Shown: piece by piece, positions 6,569 through 11,336 of the stretch
Position numbering within the stretch: position 1 is the stretch's first letter
How the letters are laid out: each line of letters opens with the position of its first letter
Virus record (IMG/VR): IMGVR_UViG_2541047121_000017
Length of the DNA stretch: 11,336 bases
Direction: 5' to 3' (one strand)
DNA from: a virus
Lineage: Duplodnaviria; Heunggongvirae; Uroviricota; Caudoviricetes
Position numbers and translations under genes: made by a program
The notes under the pieces: generated by a model
Told to the model about the DNA's origin: nothing
Database searches by the model: none
The model's input: the letters and a program-made list of their open reading frames with translations, nothing else

Positions 6569-7218
6569 GCCGCCATCTCCCTGACCAGTTTTTCTGCCTG
6601 CTGGCGAACCTGCGCCAGAAAGGCCTCACCACATGCCTCAAGTTCATAGCGCCCGATGTAGCTGATTGCCGGTCCCTTCCAGGTCTTGTCGAAAACAGCA
6701 ATAGCACCAGCGAAGAAAGCGCCTGTCGGCACCTGCTTCTCATCCTTCGGGATAAACCAGGCAGGCAGTTCAAAACCAATACGCCCGCGAATAAAAGCAA
6801 TATGATCTGCATCTTCCGGCCACCACACTTCGCTGGTGGCAGCTTTGATCAGGAAAACATAGCGCCCGCCTTTATCACGCATGGCACTGGCATGCTTCAT
6901 GATGTAACGCATGCCGGTGATGTATTGCCCCTCATGCTGACTGGCGCGGCTGTATGGGGGATTACCAAAGGCAGCACCTTTAAGCTCCGCAAGACGTTCT
7001 GACCAGTCATGCGCCAGCGCGTTGTCTTCCGCAGTGTAATAAGCGGCACATTTGGCGTTATCACCGTCAGTGAACAGATCCAGAACAAACGGGCCAAACA
7101 GGGTGTTAATTCCCCAGAAAATGTTGTCCGGCGTGCGCCACTGATCGCCCACTTCCTTCAGTTCATGGGCTGGTTTGTTCCGCAGCTCCACCAGCGCCTG
7201 GCAATATTTATTACTCAT
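6565..7218 (-). CDS. Phage orphan N6-adenine DNA methyltransferase (Dam-like)
   Basis: 217-aa ORF from the ATG at 7216-7218, with catalytic NPPY motif (AFGNPPYS). Start overlaps the upstream stop (TAATG). No adjacent restriction endonuclease. Confidence 0.85.
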   Translation of the reverse strand: MSNKYCQALVELRNKPAHELKEVGDQWRTPDNIFWGINTLFGPFVLDLFTDGDNAKCAAYYTAEDNALAHDWSERLAELKGAAFGNPPYSRASQHEGQYITGMRYIMKHASAMRDKGGRYVFLIKAATSEVWWPEDADHIAFIRGRIGFELPAWFIPKDEKQVPTGAFFAGAIAVFDKTWKGPAISYIGRYELEACGEAFLAQVRQQAEKLVREMAA

Positions 7219-7712
7219 TAAGCCCCCACGTAATTCCCTGACAGATACCACTCTTCACCCGATACAGCGCGCTTGCTGCTTTTCCGTAAGCACCGCTCAC
7301 GACGCGCCAGAAAATTGTTTCGTTCTGGCTGGGAGTGGCTTTCACGGAATGCCGCCATCCACACCGTTGCAGCACGACGGTATAAGCCCCTGGACTCCAG
7401 TTCTTCAGCCTGGCGGGTCAGGCACAAAATCACCCGGGGATCGTTAGTGCCGACATAGAAATTGCGCACAGGTCTGGTTTCACGAACTGGTTGTGGTTCC
7501 GGCTCCTGCGCTCTCTCAGTCAGGCGCGGGAAATGTCTGCGTGTATCCCCTTCACAACGGTGAGCCACACGCCCACTCTGACGTAACTTGCTTGCAGACT
7601 GCAGAACGCGCTGCCGTGAGTAACCTGCAAAAGCATCCGCAATGTCTCCGGAAGTACAGCCCGGATGGGCTTCAATGAATTTCTGAACGTCATTCAAAAG
7701 ACTCATGCTCAC
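7218..7712 (-). CDS. Hypothetical protein with C-terminal PerC-like motif (possible PerC/Pch-family transcriptional activator), 164 aa
   Basis: C-terminal AEELESRGLYRRAATVWMAAF resembles the conserved PerC-family signature as I remember it; the N-terminal ~60 aa looks winged-helix-like. ATGA overlap with the initiator stop supports a real gene. Functional call is tentative. Confidence 0.5.
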   Translation of the reverse strand: MSMSLLNDVQKFIEAHPGCTSGDIADAFAGYSRQRVLQSASKLRQSGRVAHRCEGDTRRHFPRLTERAQEPEPQPVRETRPVRNFYVGTNDPRVILCLTRQAEELESRGLYRRAATVWMAAFRESHSQPERNNFLARRERCLRKSSKRAVSGEEWYLSGNYVGA

Positions 7713-8650
7713 CCCCTGAATCCTGCCGGGATCTGGCTGTAGTCCACGTTGTCGTAACTGGCTTTGAAGTACGGGTCCTCGCGTTTTTCGGTGTACGTGC
7801 TGACGGACGGCGATAAGCGCAGGGAAAGCTCATCCCATTTTTCCCGCAGCTTCGACGGGCTGAGCACGTTACGGCACCAGAACGGATCGCGACTGACGCG
7901 GCTGTACATCTCGCAGATTTGTTTATGAGTACGACCATCCTGCACACACATCAGGCGAATTTCGTTTGCCCAGGCTGTCCAGTTCGGTTCTTTGGGACGA
8001 ACCACCTCGCCGTCACATTCGGCGGCATGCTCGTACAGGGCGATGATTTTTTTCCAGAGCCACTGTGCACAGGTCAAATCATCCTGCGTCCCCCACTGGC
8101 GCTTTTTAGGGCTGAATACAACCGCATCAGGATGGCGAGTTAAAAAATCCTGTTCATCCGTCTGCGTGTCCGGTTGCGAAGCGTCCGGACGAGAAGGTTT
8201 TTTATCTGACGGATCATGTTTTGATTTTACTGACGGATCCCCGCCAGATTCTGACGGGTGAAAACCCGCTTTTTTGCCAGATTTCGACGCATCAAATTTT
8301 GACGGGTCAGATTTTGATGCGTCAGATTTTGACGGGTCAGAATCTGACAGTTGAGAAAATGCCGCTGCCTGAAGCTTCGCAACGTTAAGCTGATAAACAT
8401 TCGACGCATTGCGGTTACCCTGGCGACGCGCCTTACGCGTTAACCAGCCTTCTGCTTCCAGCCGTGCGATAGCCGTTCTGACGGTGCTCATCCCCGCGCC
8501 AATCTGGCGGGCAATGGTTTCAATTGATGGCCAGCACACACCTTCGTCATTACTGAAATCAGCCAGGCGGGCCATAATTGCCACGCTGGATAACTTCATG
8601 CCTGACGCAGCGCAACCATCCCATACATAGCCGGTTAATTTAGTGCTCAT
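7709..8650 (-). CDS. Replication initiator (lambda O-like organisation: N-terminal HTH domain, iteron-encoded repetitive linker, C-terminal domain)
   Basis: 313-aa ORF. N-terminus has an HTH (…SVAIMARLADFSNDEGVCWPSIETIARQIGAGMSTVRTAIARLEAEGWL…). The central region (SDPSKSDASKSDPSKFDASKS) is encoded by tandem DNA repeats. Positioned after the cII-like gene. Confidence 0.7.
   Translation of the reverse strand: MSTKLTGYVWDGCAASGMKLSSVAIMARLADFSNDEGVCWPSIETIARQIGAGMSTVRTAIARLEAEGWLTRKARRQGNRNASNVYQLNVAKLQAAAFSQLSDSDPSKSDASKSDPSKFDASKSGKKAGFHPSESGGDPSVKSKHDPSDKKPSRPDASQPDTQTDEQDFLTRHPDAVVFSPKKRQWGTQDDLTCAQWLWKKIIALYEHAAECDGEVVRPKEPNWTAWANEIRLMCVQDGRTHKQICEMYSRVSRDPFWCRNVLSPSKLREKWDELSLRLSPSVSTYTEKREDPYFKASYDNVDYSQIPAGFRG
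8203..8355. repeat. Iteron-like tandem array (about 15-bp units, consensus near GATTTTGACGGGTCA); candidate phage origin inside the initiator gene
   Basis: At least seven imperfect direct repeats with core TGACGG / GACGGG / GATGCG at roughly 15-bp spacing between 8203 and 8355. This is analogous to ori-lambda inside gene O. Confidence 0.6.
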
Positions 8651-8659
8651 GACCGACCT

Positions 8660-8998
8660 CTATTTCCCTGAATTTACGACGAAACTGTTCGAGCGGGCTG
8701 AAGCACTCATGCTCATAGCCTTCGCGGAGGTAGATAACCCGTTGTGTTTCCGGTTCCCAACGAATGACTCTGACGGGCACTCCGTAGTGATCTTTGAACC
8801 AGCGGTTAACTTGTCGCAAAGGACTGTCTCCTTTTGCCTGTTGAAATCACCCACAGCCCACTCTGCAAAGCTGTGGGTTACAATTTCCCTGTCACCTGGT
8901 ACATTCACTGCATAGCAATACTCCACCTTCGCTTTTCCACCCGGTACAGGAAGTGCAATCAGTTGCGAGCGACGGTAGTGTGTTGTTAAACTGTTCAT
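8660..8998 (-). CDS. Hypothetical protein (112 aa) between the cII-like and initiator genes
   Basis: ORF start overlaps the cII-like stop (ATGA) and ends 9 nt before the initiator ATG, fitting operon packing. The C-terminus is low-complexity ([17 protein letters not shown]) and a 9-bp-stem hairpin lies inside, so coding status is uncertain. Confidence 0.4.
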   Translation of the reverse strand: MNSLTTHYRRSQLIALPVPGGKAKVEYCYAVNVPGDREIVTHSFAEWAVGDFNRQKETVLCDKLTAGSKITTECPSESFVGNRKHNGLSTSAKAMSMSASARSNSFVVNSGK

Positions 8999-9546
8999 GC
9001 GTTAGTTTCTCCACAGTCACGACACGCCACGGCGCCCGGAGCTGCACACTCGCGGGCGTCATTACTTTCTGAAATGCAAAAAATTTTGTAGACCAGTGCT
9101 GCATGCTCCTGCAGCTTCGAAATTGAGAGGTACAGCTCGTCGTTAATTGCTGTCTTCTCATGCGGTTCCACTACACCGTCTTCAATTGCTGAACGAATCT
9201 GTTTTGAATAACTGCCGATCTGTTCAATGACCTCCAGCAGGCGTTGGTTGATATCGGCGTTGTCCACATCCTCGACATCAGGAAGAGACACAAAGACGCC
9301 ATTTGCAGACTGCGCCACAGCGTCAGCAATGAAGTGAGTTCCACCAGCACGTTGCAAAATCATTGCCCATCCCAGCGGGAAAATCTGATCGCCATCGGCA
9401 CGAAGGCGGTTAAATAATGCGTTCTCTGTTACATCCAGCCAGTCAGCAGCTTCAGCGTACCCCCCCGGCAACGCTGCGATAGTTTTTCTGACAGCTTTCA
9501 CGTACCACTCAGGCTGTTTTTCTACTTTCCAGTGATGCTTACCCAC
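8995..9546 (-). CDS. CII-like early regulatory protein (CP76/YdaT-like family), 183 aa
   Basis: GTG start at 9544-9546 with a near-perfect Shine-Dalgarno motif (AGGAGGTGA) 5 nt upstream. Sits immediately after the cro-like gene. Family assignment is by synteny and general resemblance, not a verified alignment. Confidence 0.6.
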   Translation of the reverse strand: MGKHHWKVEKQPEWYVKAVRKTIAALPGGYAEAADWLDVTENALFNRLRADGDQIFPLGWAMILQRAGGTHFIADAVAQSANGVFVSLPDVEDVDNADINQRLLEVIEQIGSYSKQIRSAIEDGVVEPHEKTAINDELYLSISKLQEHAALVYKIFCISESNDARECAAPGAVACRDCGETNA

Positions 9547-9799
9547 GGTTCACCTCCTGTTCCTGTGGTTTAAACCCATTCTGGTTTTGGCTAGATTGAA
9601 AACGTGCCGGATAAAGAATCTGCATTTCGCTGACTTCACCCTTAAAAAAATTGGCTAAACGTTCTGCAAGCTCGATAGATGGAATCTGCTCCAGCCTCTC
9701 AATACGACTCAACGTCGCTGGATTGACTTGAACACCCGCAGCAACATGCTGCAAAGTGAAACCATGCGCCTTACGCACATTTCGTAATGGTGATTGCAT
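9539..9799 (-). CDS. cro: Cro-like HTH (XRE-family) regulator, 86 aa
   Basis: HTH signature (RKAHGFTLQHVAAGVQVNPATLSRIERLEQIPS…). Transcribed divergently from the cI-like gene, with a GGAGG Shine-Dalgarno motif 4 nt upstream of the ATG. Confidence 0.75.
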   Translation of the reverse strand: MQSPLRNVRKAHGFTLQHVAAGVQVNPATLSRIERLEQIPSIELAERLANFFKGEVSEMQILYPARFQSSQNQNGFKPQEQEVNRG

Positions 9800-9896
9800 A
9801 CGCCCTCCAAATATTGCGCGTTATGCATGTTATTTCACGCAATTATTTTGCGCAAGTTGATTTGCTTATCACGCAATAAAGAAATGTAATAAACGC
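9800..9896. promoter_or_regulatory. Immunity-region intergenic segment with divergent promoters (pR-like and pRM-like) and operator-like TTGC/GCAA inverted repeats
   Basis: 97-bp AT-rich spacer between divergent cro-like and cI-like genes. Contains TTGCttatcacGCAA (9862-9876), the palindrome TTGCGCAA (9848-9855) and CGCAAttattTTGCG (9838-9852). A candidate pRM (-35 TTGCTT 9862-9867, -10 TGTAAT 9885-9890) would start transcription at or near the cI ATG. Confidence 0.5.
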
Positions 9897-10589
9897 ATGA
9901 ACATAGGAAACCGAGTCAGACAACTTCGCCAAGCGAAGAACATGAAAATCGCCGATCTCGCTGAAGCGATAGGAGTAGATGCGGCGAACATCTCGCGCTT
10001 AGAAACGGGTAAGCAAAAACAATTTACCGAACAAACACTGAGTAATATTGCCAAGAGCTTAGGTGTTGATATTGCTGATCTCTTTACCTCTGCCCACAAA
10101 AGTAATACTGTATATAAAAACAGTAATAATGAGGATGTTGCGCAGGTGAAGGATGTGTTCCGTATTGAAATGCTGGATATCAGTGCCAGTGCGGGAAATG
10201 GCCTTATCCAGGGCGGTGATGTCATTGATGTGATTCATGCCATCGAATACAGAACTGATAATGCTGTATCAATGTTCGGCGGACGACCAGCCAATCACAT
10301 CAAAGTTATCAACGTTCGTGGGGACAGTATGTGTCCAACCATTGAGCCAGGAGATCTCATCTTCGTTGATGTCAGCATCAATCAGTTTGATGGTGATGGT
10401 ATATATGTCTTTGGTTTTGATGACAAAACATACGTTAAAAGACTTCAAATGATTCCTGACAAACTGCTGGTGATTTCTGATAACCAGATTTACCGTGAAT
10501 GGGGAATTACTAGCGAAAACGAACACCGATTCATGGTCTTTGGAAAGGTCTTAATCAGTCAGTCGCAAACCCTTAAGAGACATAATTAA
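9897..10589 (+). CDS. cI: CI-like repressor (N-terminal XRE HTH plus C-terminal S24 LexA-like autopeptidase domain), 230 aa
   Basis: N-terminal HTH (RVRQLRQAKNMKIADLAEAIGVDAANISRLETGK) and C-terminal S24 signature with the catalytic Ser in GDSM (RGDSMCPTIEPGDLIFVD) and Lys in YVKRL. Divergent from the cro-like gene. Confidence 0.9.
   Translation: MNIGNRVRQLRQAKNMKIADLAEAIGVDAANISRLETGKQKQFTEQTLSNIAKSLGVDIADLFTSAHKSNTVYKNSNNEDVAQVKDVFRIEMLDISASAGNGLIQGGDVIDVIHAIEYRTDNAVSMFGGRPANHIKVINVRGDSMCPTIEPGDLIFVDVSINQFDGDGIYVFGFDDKTYVKRLQMIPDKLLVISDNQIYREWGITSENEHRFMVFGKVLISQSQTLKRHN
10106..10125. promoter_or_regulatory. Near-consensus LexA (SOS) box TACTGTATATAAAAACAGTA inside the cI coding sequence
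   Basis: CTGT-N8-ACAG with TA flanks and an AT-only spacer at 10106-10125; two mismatches to the E. coli consensus TACTGTATATATATACAGTA. It is the only CTGT-N8-ACAG in the window and encodes the cI interdomain linker (…TVYKNSN…). Confidence 0.6.
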
Positions 10590-10608
10590 CCTCAATATCC
10601 CATCCATC

Positions 10609-10632
10609 GGCCACCGAAAGGTGGCTTTTTAT
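10609..10632 (+). terminator. Rho-independent terminator downstream of cI (stem gccacc/ggtggc, GAAA loop, T5 run)
   Basis: Hairpin at 10610-10625 followed by ttttt at 10626-10630, about 20 bp after the cI stop codon. Confidence 0.6.
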
Positions 10633-10643
10633 TACCTATAAAT

Positions 10644-10680
10644 TTGCATATCTCGCAAATACCACTTGCATATCTCGCAA
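10644..10680. promoter_or_regulatory. Two identical 15-bp operator-like sites TTGCATATCTCGCAA, 22 bp centre to centre
   Basis: Exact direct duplication at 10644-10658 and 10666-10680. Each is an interrupted palindrome TTGC-N7-GCAA, the same pattern as a site in the cI/cro intergenic region. Located just after the cI terminator (oL-like position). Confidence 0.45.
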
Positions 10681-10987
10681 TTTAATTTTATCTTTTATTC
10701 CAGACCAACTACAGGATTACAACAAAATCTGGTTGCAACACGGTGCATGTGTCGTAAGCAGTCAGTAAATGTCAAAAACGAACAGGCAGGACGCCCACGA
10801 AGTAGCCGCCTGGGGCATATGAAGTCCAGGATGATTCGTTGAGTCATGTTGTGCCACTAGGCACTCATGTTAAAGCAGGTGTATGAAATGAAAGTCCAGA
10901 TTTTAAACAATAACTGTGAAGTCGTTTGGTCATACGACATAGCCGCCCCTGTAGATCAGAGCGGCGATAGCTGGACCAATGGGAAAC

Positions 10988-11336
10988 TGAACCGCCCCGG
11001 AAATCCTGGAGACTAAACTCCCTGAGAAAGAGGTAAACAGGATGACTAAAAATACTCGTTTTTCCCCCGAGGTCCGTCAACGGGCAGTTCGTATGGTTCT
11101 GGAAAGTCAGGGCGAATATGACTCACAATGGGCGGCAATTTGTTCCATTGCCCCAAAGATTGGCTGTACACCAGAGACTCTGCGTGTGTGGGTTCGTCAG
11201 CATGAGCGGGATACCGGGAGTGGTGATGGTGGACTCACCACCGCTGAACGTCAGCGTCTGAAAGAGCTGGAACGTGAAAATCGTGAACTGCGCCGCAGTA
11301 ACGATATCCTTCGCCAGGCTTCCGCTTATTTTGCGA
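10988..11336 (+). mobile_element. IS3-family insertion sequence (IS629/IS1203-like), left end and 5' part; continues beyond the window
   Basis: Left terminus begins TGAACCGCCCCGG…, followed by the orfA start; both match my recollection of the IS629 left end. The right end is not in the window. Confidence 0.8.
11042..11336 (+). CDS. IS3-family transposase OrfA (HTH plus leucine-zipper N-terminal protein), 3' end outside the window
   Basis: Translation [59 protein letters not shown]…[24 protein letters not shown] is typical of IS3-family OrfA (IS629-like). An AGAGG Shine-Dalgarno-like motif lies upstream. Confidence 0.8.
   Translation, partial: MTKNTRFSPEVRQRAVRMVLESQGEYDSQWAAICSIAPKIGCTPETLRVWVRQHERDTGSGDGGLTTAERQRLKELERENRELRRSNDILRQASAYFA

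Noticed and set aside
6300-6812. Minus-strand 170-aa Arg-rich ORF
   Set aside because: Alternative frame entirely overlapping the well-supported Dam and LexA-like genes; highly biased low-complexity translation.
7690-7947. Minus-strand 85-aa ORF
   Set aside because: Alternative frame overlapping the initiator 3' end and PerC-like 5' end; Arg/Thr-rich translation with no ribosome-binding site.
8227-8409. Minus-strand 60-aa ORF with LTRQNL repeats
   Set aside because: A translation artefact of the iteron repeats in another frame of the initiator gene.
8643-8915. Plus-strand 90-aa ORF opposite the 112-aa gene
   Set aside because: It would be antisense to the whole early operon, and its ATG overlaps the initiator start region. 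Not fully excluded (see the 8660-8998 finding), but the operon packing favours the minus-strand frame.
4387-9355. Chi octamers (GCTGGTGG at 4387-4394 and 6832-6839; complement CCACCAGC at 4516-4523, 4787-4794 and 9348-9355)
   Set aside because: This density is not obviously beyond what is expected for E. coli-type DNA; no orientation bias can be claimed from five sites.
9869-10526. ORFs overlapping cI (9869-10225 minus, 10237-10452 plus, 10269-10526 minus)
   Set aside because: All lie inside the strongly supported cI coding sequence in other frames or strands and have no independent signals.
10865-11080. Minus-strand 71-aa ORF
   Set aside because: Antisense across the IS left end and orfA start; no support.
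1-11336. CRISPR arrays, integrase or attachment sites
   Set aside because: No regularly spaced repeats with unique spacers and no integrase-like ORF were found; the only repeat arrays are the iterons and the operator duplications.

Overview
This window is a lambdoid prophage segment read in reverse: almost every gene is on the minus strand. Right to left it runs from a divergent cI/cro immunity switch through a replication and nin-like early operon to a Q antiterminator and a lambda-like lysis cassette, with the 3' end of bor at the far left. An IS3-family element (IS629-like orfA) is inserted at the right edge. Early genes are tightly packed, several with overlapping stop/start codons. The main non-canonical content is: (1) a lower-GC, self-contained two-gene cassette of unknown function between Q and the lysis genes, next to a 5'-truncated DNA methyltransferase remnant; (2) a near-consensus LexA (SOS) box inside the cI coding sequence, in a prophage that also encodes a LexA DNA-binding-domain-only protein; (3) an iteron array inside the replication initiator gene, which is followed by a PerC-like gene rather than a recognisable helicase loader; (4) an unassigned 112-aa gene between the CII-like and initiator genes. 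All family assignments are from reading the translations and from memory of protein families; no database search was run.
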